This document shows, one piece after another, positions 1 through 9,778 of a DNA stretch of 64,000 nt (position 1 is its first letter; each line of letters begins with the position of its first letter). Under the pieces are notes generated by a model. That model saw nothing but the letters and a program-made list of their open reading frames with translations. It was not told the DNA's origin and ran no database searches. The stretch is from a virus. Its lineage: Duplodnaviria > Caudoviricetes. The stretch lies in IMG/VR virus record IMGVR_UViG_3300007770_000001. One strand, 5' to 3'. Both the position numbers and the translations under genes were made by a program.

Positions 1-1
1 T

Positions 2-3000
2 CTGGATTCTGAGTTCAACCTGGCTGCCCAGGCTGCTTGGGAGCGTGAGGCCAATGCGGTCCGGGCGCAGATGCCCTCAGGGTTTCTCCTGGACCCGTTC
101 CAGTCGGATGCCGACTACGTCACGGACGAGAACTGGTCGAACTGGCTACAGTTGGGACGTCCCGCAGCAGGGGATCAGACCCCGGTCCTTTGGGCCAATG
201 TCAACGGGTGGCTCATCCCCGTAGCGGGCTCCAACGCCACTGATCTGTCCAACCGGATCAACCTCTGGAACCCGCCGACTACGGATGCCCGCACGGACTT
301 CATCTTCCTCGAGGTCTGGCTCTCCCTGGTGGCTCCCAACCCCTCCACGGTCAACAAGCCTTCTGCGAGCACGATCTACAAGTACGGGAACACGGAGTTT
401 GGCGGTACCAACATCGCCGATGATCTCATGGACCCGAACATCGGGATCGAGACTTCGGAGCGGGTGCAGATCCAGTACCGACTCCGAGTCGTGGGGCAGG
501 GGGCAGGACTGGGCTCCAGCGTGGATCTGACCACATACCCTGACGGGCTGGGAGACCCCAACGTCCTGGCCCAGGGCAATGCGACGGCCCCCCAAGCAGG
601 TCTCTCCTACGTCAACATGGGAGAGACCCTGGGAGATCCCGGTCTCTGGCGGGCGGGGGATGGAGACTCCACCAACGCTCTTGCGACGGTGGACGGCTAC
701 TCCTACGCAATCCCCGTGTGTGGGATCTTCCGGCGAAACACGAGCTCGTTCGTCGCGAGGACCACCAGTGGGAATGCCAACCAGAACGGAGCTCTGGATC
801 GCAACCCAAGCTCTACCACCCCGACCACTCCCGTTGAGGCGACCAGGACATTCACCGAAGTCACGTTGACCTCAGCGATCGACGAGACTGCAACCGGCGC
901 TGTACAAGTTGACGGGCTGGCCTCCTCGGGTCTGGACAACAGCGACATTGACTGGGATAGCACGTTCCTCGTCATCGATGGCGAGATCATCTACATCGAG
1001 AGCGTCTCGACCGCCACCACTCCCGGGACGATCACCATCAGGGCCACTGAAGGCCGGGGTCGGAACGGAACACAGGCAGCCCCGCACGATGCTGGGGTCT
1101 CCGTACAGTTCTACAACTTCCGCCCTGATGGGAAGTTCTCCGACCAGATCCTTCCCGACGACATCCTCGACCTACGGCGAGGAGTCCAGGCAGGGGACTG
1201 GGACTACAAGGCCCTGCTCGCTCACAATCTGGGCAAACTGTTCGAGAACACCCTCAAGTCGGCGTTCAAGCAGGCCGGTCCCTCGGATACCCAGGGACCT
1301 GTGGTCTTCGAGGTGGACACCCTCCACGCCAACTCGGCGACCTCGACTCCCAACCAGACCGAGGCCCTGGACGGCCCTGACGGTATCCGGGAGGTTTTCT
1401 CCGATGCCTCGGTCCTACAGTCGAACGTTTCTATCATCCTGAATCCCGAGATTGGATCCGGGGGTTCTGCGGTGGTCATCTCCGACTTCACGTCGGACGC
1501 AACCTCCTGGGGTCCTGCAGCTGAGTTCGTCCCTGACGGATTCCAGCCGGATGGCGGGGGTTGGGACAACCAGACGATCATCCATCTCTACATCGGAGGA
1601 GCGACCGGGTCTGGAGGCGCTCGCGCCACCGTTCGTGGGAGCGAGAACAAGATCGTCCGCTTCATCTCCCCACGGGAGCATTGGCTTACCCGCGATGAGA
1701 TCGAAACCGATGCCGGCATCGGCGTTTCCGGAAACCAGTACCCGTTCCTGTTCCGTCTCCTTGAGGAAGGTTGGGGGGACCCTGCCGGGGCTGACGAGCC
1801 TGCTGTGCAGCACCCGGGCCCCATGTTCCCCCTTCCCGAGTACAACTTCGAGCGTCCGTTCATCGTCCTCGGAGGGTCAGTCAACTCCCTCCTGGCATCC
1901 AGCACCGCAGAGGCCGTCGCTACGGGATCCAGTCCTGCCGGGTTCTCCTTGGTTCGCTTTTCGGGCCTGGACTTCGACACTCCCGGGGACTGGTTCCCCA
2001 CAGGCGACGTATCCAGCTTGTCCCCCGAGGGCGTCACCAACACGCTCCTCCATGGACAGCGGAACCTTTTCGATATGGTGACCAATGGAGGTCGGGATCG
2101 CTCCGGAGCGAGCTCCGAGCTCTATCTGGTTCTGGAAGGGGACCTCACCACTCCAGCCAACAACGGAGTCTGGCGGGTCATCGGAGCGGGCACCGCAGGC
2201 TACACAACGGTGGACGGAGCTACGGCCGAGGATCTCGTGGTCGAGCGTGTAGGGGTCGGCGCGAACGTCTTGGTCGCAGGGACAAGCCTCACGGCCTCGG
2301 TCCGTTCCCAGTACACTCACACCGAGGACGGAACCGTAGCTGGAGAGTCCGCTGCAGTCGTCGTTCTCACAGACCTGGGTGGGGCGGTTGGCGGGCTGAC
2401 CTACCCTTGGGACAGCCTCACATCCCTTCCTTCCGTCAGCCAGGCTGTGCTGGACACCACGATTCAGTACAATCCCAGCCGAGGCGGAACAGCTCGAGTG
2501 GCCAACAAGGTCCGTCGAGTTGCCATGGTGGGTGTGGACTCAGCGGAACTCGTTCGCGAGGCGCCGACAGGAATCGACACCAGCTTCGATTCCCAGGCTG
2601 GCATTCCTGAAGGGGAGATCTACTTCCCCTTCTCCCACGTCCAGACTTGGAACCGTCTCCCCAGCCTGGGTCTCTCTGCTCCGAGAGCTCCCGCCTATGG
2701 CAACAGTTCCTACTTCGGAGAGTATCGACGGGAAGCTGAGGCCTTCGTCGACGCAGGATCCAAGACTCTTGTTCTCCGCCCTTTCCAGAGGACTGATCTC
2801 ACCCTGGTTCGCTACCGGGCCACGGCGGGCGCCACGGATCGATTCTTCCCCGACACCTACACGGCCGGAGCCAGCGCAGGAACCTCAGTGGACGGAGGTC
2901 AGCTGTTCCCCTCGGATGCCGACTACGCCTACGCATTCCCCCACGAATGGATGCCTCGTCTCGGGCGTCAGGATATCCCCTTCCACCAGACCACAGGAAC

Positions 3001-5248
3001 CACAGGTCCAGTCTTCTACGGGGTGAATCACCTCTTCGGAGACTCCCAGACGAGCTCGGATGATGTGTTCCGCGTCCTCGGAGGCCAGGACTCCAACTCC
3101 GCAGTGGAGTCCCTCTTCTTCCAGACGGGAACCACCTCGGGGCGTGTGTATGGCGAGTACTTCGCCATGGGAGGCTCAGCCGCCGGCTACCAGGCTCGGA
3201 TCTACGAGGACGTGAATGTCCACTCCTCGGATGTCCCCAGGGGTCTGAAGGGCATCCAGCTGCCCCCGTTCCTGGGCATCGCTCGGATCTATGGAGTCTA
3301 TGACCTTCGGGAGTTCTCGGGACAGGGAGCCTGGGATGCCGATCGCGTGACCCTGAACACTTCGGGAGGGCGGCCTGCCAACCTTCTCCGTGACGACCAG
3401 GACAAGCAGACCCTGTTCATCGTCCCTGGCGGGGGCTCCGATGTCACTGGGGACGAGGACGACCACACCTACGTGATCCCCAACACCCTCATCGACGTCC
3501 GGCGCTCTGGACAGTATGTGGCGGGGGAGACCTTCGATGACCTCGAGTTCGTAGTTGAGTGTGTTGTCTTCGGGTTCGCTCGGGGCTTCATCACCAAGAA
3601 CAACTATGTCTTGGCCCGTCGGAATCTTCCCACGGGAGTGGATCCCATCGCAACCTCTTCTGCTGTTGCGGGGCAGGTTTCCTGTATTCTCCCTTTGCCC
3701 CTGCCCTACAATGAGCAGGCATACATCGCCTATGATCGCACGGTCTACCAGGGCGACCCCTACATGACTCGGGATGGGGCGACCAAGACAACTTCCGACT
3801 ACGAGAACCGCTACGGGATGATCCCTTCCTCCAGCTCCGCAGAGCTCGGGACAGCCATCCAGCAGTTCGATAGCTCCAACGACTACGCCCAGGTCCCTGA
3901 GACTCTGAACGCCCGTGGGTTCGAAGTCCTGGCCTCCGCCGACTTCTACACGACTCTCGGGACGGGCAAGGTCGGGGGTCGGATCTACTCGGGAACGTTC
4001 TTGGATATCGGTGTCGTGTCCTCATCAACACGAATCGCGGCGAGCGCCAGCGACCCCTTGTGGCAGCCCCAGGCCCGAGCCCTCACCGAAGGCCAGGCTC
4101 TGAGCGCCGCCCGGGCAGTCCTGGAGATCGAGGTTCTCACGGATAGCGCAGCTTCCGTAGGCGAGGCGATCGTCTTGGAGAGAGGAACCAAGACGAACAC
4201 TCTGGTATCGAATACGGCCTTCTCAGGAGCCACCCCGGAACTGGTCGCCCAGTCCCTCGTTGGGGCCATCAACTCCTCGGACTTCGCTGCAAGTACTGCC
4301 CAGGTCCGCGCGTACTGGAACGGTGGTCGGGTCTGCTCTCTGGTGTCGATGATCCCAGGAGCCGAAGGGAACGAGACCCACGTGAGAATGGTCCCCGCTT
4401 CCACACGGGCCGTTACAGGGTTCCGAATCCATGCCCGGGGCTCCTTGTCCCAGCAGGCTCTCTCTACGATCACCGGGTCGAACCTCATCGGAGGAGTGGA
4501 TTCTCCGATGAATGGTCGGGATGGTTCTCTGGCGACGACTCCAGTCCGGATGGCTGGCCTCATCGAGCGCCTCCCCTTGGGGATTCTCCTGCAGGACTCG
4601 GACTTCGTCGGTGAGGATCCTCTCCAGAACGGATCGAGTTCCCTTTGGGTCAATCTGAGTGGAGGGGCGGTCTCGGCAACCTCCCTGACTCCTCTCTCTG
4701 GAGACTCCGAGTACGGGCGTGTCGAGGGTTCGGGGCAGATCGCCATGGCAGACGGCGCCATCCTCGAGTACACGGCATGGACCCTTGCCCAGCCTACGGG
4801 AACCAAGAGCTTCCGCCTGTTCCGCGGAGGGGGCTCGGCTTGGGTCATCGACCCAAGCCCCGTGGGAGGCCCTGCAGACTGGTCTGCGGGAGGCTTCGAC
4901 GAGGGCTCTCAGCCCGTGCTGAAGGGCGCGCTCTTGGCTGGCCGGGCCTACTTGGTCCGGAACTTCCCCGAGACGGCCTACACGGGCTCAGACACTCGCT
5001 CGCACGGCTCCGAAATCCAGATGGTCATCTGCACCAACGGGATCTTGGGTCTCGGCCCTCTCTGCAACAAGGGCTATGACCTCAAGGGTCAGATCTCTCC
5101 CACCGGCTACGGAGAGGGCTTGGCTGCCGCTGATCGGTATCTCCTCGAAGGCCGGCCCATGTCCCGAGGACCTCGCGTGAGTGCCTCGACGACAGGAGAG
5201 TTGGCTCCCTTCCCGGGGATGGACGCGGCTGCTGATGATGGCTGCTGA
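2..5248 (+). CDS. Very large virion structural protein (tail/baseplate-associated), 5' end outside the window
   Basis: Frame is open from base 2 through the 1725 aa ORF. It is Gly/Ser/Thr/Asp-rich and beta-rich, with an AxxLxxAIN-type segment (PELVAQSLVGAINSS) also seen in the 33.7 kb structural ORF. No enzyme motif. Confidence 0.6.
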   Translation: MDSEFNLAAQAAWEREANAVRAQMPSGFLLDPFQSDADYVTDENWSNWLQLGRPAAGDQTPVLWANVNGWLIPVAGSNATDLSNRINLWNPPTTDARTDFIFLEVWLSLVAPNPSTVNKPSASTIYKYGNTEFGGTNIADDLMDPNIGIETSERVQIQYRLRVVGQGAGLGSSVDLTTYPDGLGDPNVLAQGNATAPQAGLSYVNMGETLGDPGLWRAGDGDSTNALATVDGYSYAIPVCGIFRRNTSSFVARTTSGNANQNGALDRNPSSTTPTTPVEATRTFTEVTLTSAIDETATGAVQVDGLASSGLDNSDIDWDSTFLVIDGEIIYIESVSTATTPGTITIRATEGRGRNGTQAAPHDAGVSVQFYNFRPDGKFSDQILPDDILDLRRGVQAGDWDYKALLAHNLGKLFENTLKSAFKQAGPSDTQGPVVFEVDTLHANSATSTPNQTEALDGPDGIREVFSDASVLQSNVSIILNPEIGSGGSAVVISDFTSDATSWGPAAEFVPDGFQPDGGGWDNQTIIHLYIGGATGSGGARATVRGSENKIVRFISPREHWLTRDEIETDAGIGVSGNQYPFLFRLLEEGWGDPAGADEPAVQHPGPMFPLPEYNFERPFIVLGGSVNSLLASSTAEAVATGSSPAGFSLVRFSGLDFDTPGDWFPTGDVSSLSPEGVTNTLLHGQRNLFDMVTNGGRDRSGASSELYLVLEGDLTTPANNGVWRVIGAGTAGYTTVDGATAEDLVVERVGVGANVLVAGTSLTASVRSQYTHTEDGTVAGESAAVVVLTDLGGAVGGLTYPWDSLTSLPSVSQAVLDTTIQYNPSRGGTARVANKVRRVAMVGVDSAELVREAPTGIDTSFDSQAGIPEGEIYFPFSHVQTWNRLPSLGLSAPRAPAYGNSSYFGEYRREAEAFVDAGSKTLVLRPFQRTDLTLVRYRATAGATDRFFPDTYTAGASAGTSVDGGQLFPSDADYAYAFPHEWMPRLGRQDIPFHQTTGTTGPVFYGVNHLFGDSQTSSDDVFRVLGGQDSNSAVESLFFQTGTTSGRVYGEYFAMGGSAAGYQARIYEDVNVHSSDVPRGLKGIQLPPFLGIARIYGVYDLREFSGQGAWDADRVTLNTSGGRPANLLRDDQDKQTLFIVPGGGSDVTGDEDDHTYVIPNTLIDVRRSGQYVAGETFDDLEFVVECVVFGFARGFITKNNYVLARRNLPTGVDPIATSSAVAGQVSCILPLPLPYNEQAYIAYDRTVYQGDPYMTRDGATKTTSDYENRYGMIPSSSSAELGTAIQQFDSSNDYAQVPETLNARGFEVLASADFYTTLGTGKVGGRIYSGTFLDIGVVSSSTRIAASASDPLWQPQARALTEGQALSAARAVLEIEVLTDSAASVGEAIVLERGTKTNTLVSNTAFSGATPELVAQSLVGAINSSDFAASTAQVRAYWNGGRVCSLVSMIPGAEGNETHVRMVPASTRAVTGFRIHARGSLSQQALSTITGSNLIGGVDSPMNGRDGSLATTPVRMAGLIERLPLGILLQDSDFVGEDPLQNGSSSLWVNLSGGAVSATSLTPLSGDSEYGRVEGSGQIAMADGAILEYTAWTLAQPTGTKSFRLFRGGGSAWVIDPSPVGGPADWSAGGFDEGSQPVLKGALLAGRAYLVRNFPETAYTGSDTRSHGSEIQMVICTNGILGLGPLCNKGYDLKGQISPTGYGEGLAAADRYLLEGRPMSRGPRVSASTTGELAPFPGMDAAADDGC

Positions 5249-5291
5249 ATGAGGCGTCCCCGGTAACTCCTCTCTGAGAACCGGAGACGTC

Positions 5292-5732
5292 TTGAATCCC
5301 AATCCGATCCCTGTGGCCTCTGTCCAGAACACGCGTTTGGGAGAGCTCTCGGCGGCCCTTCGGTCGGGAGAGTTCACGCAGACTTCTCAGGCCCTGAAGA
5401 GGAAGCTTCTGGACGGAACCTACGCTCACTGTGTCCTCGGCGTCGCCTGCGAGATCGCAGATATCGAGACCCTCTCCTGGGAAGATGGAGAGGGGGATAC
5501 ACTCAACCTTCGGGAGAAGGGCGGGGAGGCTCGGGTCTCTGTCCCTCCCCTGTCTGTTCAGGACCACTACGGGTTCACCCACGCCCAGGGGTTCCGGGTC
5601 ACTATCGACAGGTATCCTCAGCTGCTGAAGGTGGGCCGAGGACCTACCTTCCTTCTGGCGACCCTGAACGACTACGGAGTCCCATTCGAGGTCCTGGCAG
5701 ACCTCATTGATGACTTCCGGGAGAGGAGCTGA
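5292..5732 (+). CDS. Hypothetical phage protein (ALRSGE-x-Q...C-x-LGV-x-C type)
   Basis: 146 aa ORF with TTG start; stop overlaps the next ATG. Confidence 0.6.
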   Translation: MNPNPIPVASVQNTRLGELSAALRSGEFTQTSQALKRKLLDGTYAHCVLGVACEIADIETLSWEDGEGDTLNLREKGGEARVSVPPLSVQDHYGFTHAQGFRVTIDRYPQLLKVGRGPTFLLATLNDYGVPFEVLADLIDDFRERS

Positions 5733-6610
5733 TGGGACATCCTCGTGCCAAGGGGACAATCCCCTCTGAGGTGGTGTTCTTCCTCCGGAAGCGTCCTGTT
5801 CTGAAGCGAGGGACTGCGGTCTATCCCGCCTTCCCAGTGCCTCCTCACCTGGTTGCTCGTCAGAGCGGGACCTACCACAACGCTGTTAGTTGGGCGCGAG
5901 GCCCTCGTTTCCAAGATCCTTTGGTCCCTCGATCCTGGACTGAGCCGGCTTCTGTCCGTCTCCAGAACATCCCTCGAAGTGGTTATCGGCTGGCTGGATT
6001 CGAGACTCGTTCCGAAGGCGGAACGGCCTGGAAGGTGGTCACTCCCCAGGGTCATCTGGTGGATCTCCGGAGTGATGTGTTCCTTCCGATCCTCATGTCT
6101 CGGGGGGTTCCTGCAGATGGGTTCCTTGACGCCACACTTCAGTGGTGCCAGAACGGGAGCCAGCTGCGTCTGGAAGAGGTGGGTACGGAGGCCCACTCCC
6201 GCTACCGCCCCGTCGGAGAGCCTGAAGCGCCGATTCAGAAGTTCCGGCCCAAGGACCTGGTTGTCGGGGGTTGGTACGAGGCCAAGATCAGCGGATGCTG
6301 TGTCCCTCACATCTATGTGGGCCGGGTCAAGAAGATGGCCTCCACTTTCGAGGCATCCCCCAAGAAGAGATTCGCTTGGCTAATGCTCCCCACCCATGTC
6401 GGGAACTTCGCTGAGTTTCGGGATTGGTGGTCCTCCTGCGGAGCGAGAGTTACCAATCCGGTCGCGGTCCTCCGAGTGACTTCCTCGGTTATCGCTGTGT
6501 CGAGCAAAAACATCAACACCGGATTCACCCATCTGAATCTGGAGCCTTGGGTTCACTGGGAGGACGGACAGGGCTACCAACTCGATCGCACCCGTTACAT
6601 CTGGCCGTAG
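5732..6610 (+). CDS. Hypothetical protein, paralog of 6611..7438
   Basis: Shares VVFF, PAF, A-x-SWA, WKVVTP-x-G, DVF, LQWCQ and LRLE blocks with the next ORF. Confidence 0.75.
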   Translation: MGHPRAKGTIPSEVVFFLRKRPVLKRGTAVYPAFPVPPHLVARQSGTYHNAVSWARGPRFQDPLVPRSWTEPASVRLQNIPRSGYRLAGFETRSEGGTAWKVVTPQGHLVDLRSDVFLPILMSRGVPADGFLDATLQWCQNGSQLRLEEVGTEAHSRYRPVGEPEAPIQKFRPKDLVVGGWYEAKISGCCVPHIYVGRVKKMASTFEASPKKRFAWLMLPTHVGNFAEFRDWWSSCGARVTNPVAVLRVTSSVIAVSSKNINTGFTHLNLEPWVHWEDGQGYQLDRTRYIWP

Positions 6611-7438
6611 ATGCGCGCCAAGGGATTCATCCCCTCCCGTGTGGTGTTCTTCATCAGAGATCGGAGACCCGTCCCGAACGGGGTGCCTTATCGTCCTGCG
6701 TTCGCCTTGGCGTACCATACGGTTGAGATCCAAGGGGGAATGTGGAACCGAGCACGTTCTTGGGCATGGGAAGATCGCTGGGGCACCCCCAGCCCAGAAA
6801 CCGTAGTCGTAGAGAACCCTCCGAAGACTGGCTACTCGGTTGTAGGGATGTCCTCCCTGAAGAGAGGGCGGAACTGGAAGGTGGTCACGCCTGAAGGGTT
6901 CCTGGTCCCTCTACAGGAGGATGTTTTCGCCCAACTGGTTCTCAATCATGGGATCGGGATGAGAGGGAGAGTTCCTGTTCCTCTCCAATGGTGCCAGAGC
7001 AGTTCGGCTCTCCGTCTTGAGATCGTTGGCTCCGAGGAGCACCAGAGGTACAATCCGAGGGACATGAGTTCTGTAGATCCTCTTGAGTTGCAACTTCCGG
7101 CCTGTGAGCTCCAGAAGGGATCCTGGTACCGAGTAGGCTTCTTGGGCAACAGCATCTATGCGGGCCGTTTCCAGAAGAAGGGCTATGGATCCAGCTACTA
7201 TTACGTTTGGATAGACATCCCTTCCAGCATCAAGACCGCGGAGGAGGTGTCGGTTTGGTTGGTCTCTCTGTGTGAGACTCCAGAGACAGCTCTGGTTATC
7301 GTTACCGAGAGGCCCAGAGCCCGAGGAGCCTTGGGATACTCCACCATGCTTCCGCTGGACCCCTTCCTGGAAAAAGGGGTCTGGAAGAACGGGAACCGTA
7401 TCCCAATGGATCGAGAGGATTTCATCCCGTGTATCTGA
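6611..7438 (+). CDS. Hypothetical protein, paralog of 5732..6610
   Basis: Same conserved blocks in the same order; abuts the previous stop. Confidence 0.75.
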   Translation: MRAKGFIPSRVVFFIRDRRPVPNGVPYRPAFALAYHTVEIQGGMWNRARSWAWEDRWGTPSPETVVVENPPKTGYSVVGMSSLKRGRNWKVVTPEGFLVPLQEDVFAQLVLNHGIGMRGRVPVPLQWCQSSSALRLEIVGSEEHQRYNPRDMSSVDPLELQLPACELQKGSWYRVGFLGNSIYAGRFQKKGYGSSYYYVWIDIPSSIKTAEEVSVWLVSLCETPETALVIVTERPRARGALGYSTMLPLDPFLEKGVWKNGNRIPMDREDFIPCI

Positions 7439-7713
7439 ACGATCATGACTCCCCCAGTCAGGCTCTCCTGGAACACCCCTCGGGAGACTGCCAGAGCCCT
7501 GACCCTGGCGTTGTTCCGCAAATCGACAACGCCTTCGATGAGTGGTTCCTGGAGGATATAAACCAAACGATCGGCTTCATATCCGATCTGGTCCAGATCT
7601 CTCTTCTCGGCTCGTTCTGCGGCCTGGTATGGGGGACCCCAGGCGCGGTAATAGGGGCTATCTCCGGCTACTTGATCTCCAAGCTCACCTGCCGTCTCCT
7701 CCTATTCATCTGA
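7429..7713 (+). CDS. Small putative membrane protein
   Basis: C-terminal Gly-rich hydrophobic segments; start uncertain. Confidence 0.45.
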   Translation: MYLNDHDSPSQALLEHPSGDCQSPDPGVVPQIDNAFDEWFLEDINQTIGFISDLVQISLLGSFCGLVWGTPGAVIGAISGYLISKLTCRLLLFI

Positions 7714-7720
7714 GGTTCCT

Positions 7721-7996
7721 GTGACTCGTTGGGCCAGAGCAGTCAGCACTTCTCTCATCGTTCTGCTGGGAGGATTCGCGGTGGTCATCCCTACCGAGAT
7801 CAACGCCCCAAAGCCGGATACGGCCCTGGTGGCGTTCCGGTGTGAGAACGCGTGCTATCCCTTCGCGGATATGCCGAAGCGGGTTGGGGGAGTCCTCACC
7901 TGCTTCTGCGCCCATCCGGACAGCGTGGTGGGGGAACCCACTTGGGTTCCCCTCCCTCTACCGCCTCTCTCAGAAGAGGACGTCCAAGTCCCGTAG
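7721..7996 (+). CDS. Small membrane or secreted protein with Cys motif
   Basis: N-terminal hydrophobic helix, then CENAC...CFC; GAGG RBS upstream of GTG. Confidence 0.5.
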   Translation: MTRWARAVSTSLIVLLGGFAVVIPTEINAPKPDTALVAFRCENACYPFADMPKRVGGVLTCFCAHPDSVVGEPTWVPLPLPPLSEEDVQVP

Positions 7997-8260
7997 GGCA
8001 GCCTCGGTAGCGAGCATCGCCGGGAGAACGCGCTCCCCGGGGATCATGTCGGTGGGCGTCCCGTCGTACTCTCCGTGGAGCTGGGTGATCTGTCCATGCG
8101 GACTCTCCCACTCGCCGTCGATGCCGTACTTGCCGTGGATCACCTCAGCGGTGGTCTGTCCATCAAGGGAGACGAACTGCCAGTTCTCCCCCGTCCAGAA
8201 CCAACCTTCCCGCTCCAGACTGCCTTCGGCCGCTGCGATTTCCAATTCCAGGATATTCAT
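7970..8260 (-). CDS. Hypothetical protein
   Basis: GGAGG RBS and GGTTT-N16-GACGTAAC promoter upstream on the minus strand. Confidence 0.7.
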   Translation of the reverse strand: MNILELEIAAAEGSLEREGWFWTGENWQFVSLDGQTTAEVIHGKYGIDGEWESPHGQITQLHGEYDGTPTDMIPGERVLPAMLATEAALRDLDVLF

Positions 8261-8276
8261 TTGACCTCCTGCTAAG

Positions 8277-8305
8277 GTTACGTCACATCCTCATACAGGG
8301 AAACC
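8277..8305 (-). promoter_or_regulatory. Phage promoter motif GGTTT-N16-GACGTAAC
   Basis: Reverse complement reads GGTTT ccctgtatgaggatgt GACGTAAC; repeated motif upstream of an RBS. Confidence 0.75.
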
Positions 8306-8318
8306 GGTAGAGAGTTCT

Positions 8319-9122
8319 ATGACTGATCTTGTCGCGTACCGGAAGTCCGTTGTCACCCCTGACGTAGCCGAGGCCCTCCGCAAGCTGGAGCTTGCCGGCG
8401 CAGAGCGGGGTGGTATCCGGATTCAATACCAGGGAGTCCCTCGAGGGGATGCCTCTTGGGAGGGGGTCTCGAAGGGTCCTGGACCAACAGGACTTCCGCC
8501 TCATCTGTCCATGCGCCCATCCGGACGCGAAGTCTACCTCTCGGTGTCCTTCCTGGAAGGCTCCGGAGACAGGTTTGGAGAACTCGCCGTCCTCTGGGGG
8601 TTGGCGGTTCCTCTGGGGTTCATGCCATGGGATCGCTATCCTGTCCCGAGCCCTACGGACCGAGTGTTCCACTATCTCGGCCCTTGGTCCCTGGTAGGGG
8701 ACTCCCTGCAAGGTGAGGGGAAGGGGGAGCTCGTGTGGCCTTCTATCTGCTCTGCTGCTCAGATAGAAGTCGGCACATGGTCCGGAAGGAATCTCCTCGA
8801 GAGAACAGTCCAGTCCCACCTACATCGGCTGGGTGTCAACTGTGGCCCCGTCGATGGCCTGGTCGGGGAGAGGACCCTTCGCGCTCTGAGGGCCTTGGGT
8901 CTCGGAGGGACTCCTCTCCATGAAGTAGTCGGGGCTCTACCGCGTCTCCAACCCCCTGGGACATCCCAAACCTCTACCAGGACAGCCAACCTGACCGTCC
9001 CTCGAGGCCTCTCGTTAGAGGCGTATCCCTCAGGAGACCTCGAGGTAGCTCGATCCCACACTGGGATGGCTATCACGGTAGGAGGGAAAGGGAAGCTGAC
9101 CATTCTCTTCCGGGAGTCCTGA
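8319..9122 (+). CDS. Peptidoglycan-binding-domain protein with a degenerate M15-peptidase-like N-terminus
   Basis: QSHLHRLGVNCGPVDGLVGERTLRALRAL fits the PG_binding_1 pattern. Spacing of SMRPSGREVY and RVFHYLG resembles the M15 SxHxxGxAxD and ExWH motifs, with ligands replaced. Confidence 0.5.
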   Translation: MTDLVAYRKSVVTPDVAEALRKLELAGAERGGIRIQYQGVPRGDASWEGVSKGPGPTGLPPHLSMRPSGREVYLSVSFLEGSGDRFGELAVLWGLAVPLGFMPWDRYPVPSPTDRVFHYLGPWSLVGDSLQGEGKGELVWPSICSAAQIEVGTWSGRNLLERTVQSHLHRLGVNCGPVDGLVGERTLRALRALGLGGTPLHEVVGALPRLQPPGTSQTSTRTANLTVPRGLSLEAYPSGDLEVARSHTGMAITVGGKGKLTILFRES

Positions 9123-9124
9123 CT

Positions 9125-9736
9125 GTGAAGCCATGGCGCCAAAACCTCGGCCCTCCATCTGCGTGTACTATCGGGGGAGACTGCATCTTCGACGAGGTGG
9201 ACAAGGGCGCTCAGGAGATCGAGCAGAAATGGCGGACCCTCGCCCGTCGATGGCCGTCGGTAGCTACAGGATCCGTGTCTCGTTTGTTCGGGCTTGGGAC
9301 CCCCCTCGTGGATGTCGAGTGGCTCCTGGAGGTTCTCTTCTCTCCTCCCCGGACCTGGCCCATGGGCCTCACCGAAGACGAGATCGAGATCCTCAAGATT
9401 GCAACGGCGGTTGCCCAGTACGTGTCGTTCGGAGCCCGTGGCGCCCAGGCTACTCCCGGCTCAGATGAGAACACCCTCCTGGCAATGAAGAAGCTGGCCG
9501 CCCTGTTCCGCAAGAACATCGCTGTCCCTATGTACCGAGAGTACGACAAGGGTGTCCAGAGAGCCGGTGCTCGGATCGCCCCTCTATGTCCTGATCTCTA
9601 CGACGAGTCCTGTACTGTCGAGGACGCCAAGGGTATCTTCCAAGGGGATATGCAGAGGGGGTGGAGGGCTTCCACCTTGCGGGTTCGTCCTGAGACCCAG
9701 AAGGTTCTCCCCCTGTTTTGGGATTGGCTCAGCTGA
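9125..9736 (+). CDS. Hypothetical protein
   Basis: 203 aa ORF, GTG start with GGGAG upstream. Confidence 0.6.
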   Translation: MKPWRQNLGPPSACTIGGDCIFDEVDKGAQEIEQKWRTLARRWPSVATGSVSRLFGLGTPLVDVEWLLEVLFSPPRTWPMGLTEDEIEILKIATAVAQYVSFGARGAQATPGSDENTLLAMKKLAALFRKNIAVPMYREYDKGVQRAGARIAPLCPDLYDESCTVEDAKGIFQGDMQRGWRASTLRVRPETQKVLPLFWDWLS

Positions 9737-9778
9737 ACCTCTGCGGACCCGGTAACTCCAGAGAGAGGTCTGGTTCGG

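Noticed and set aside
9125-9200. Possible frameshift between ATG 9133 and the 9125 frame
   Set aside because: GTG 9125 has a suitably spaced RBS and gives a continuous ORF, so no recoding is needed.
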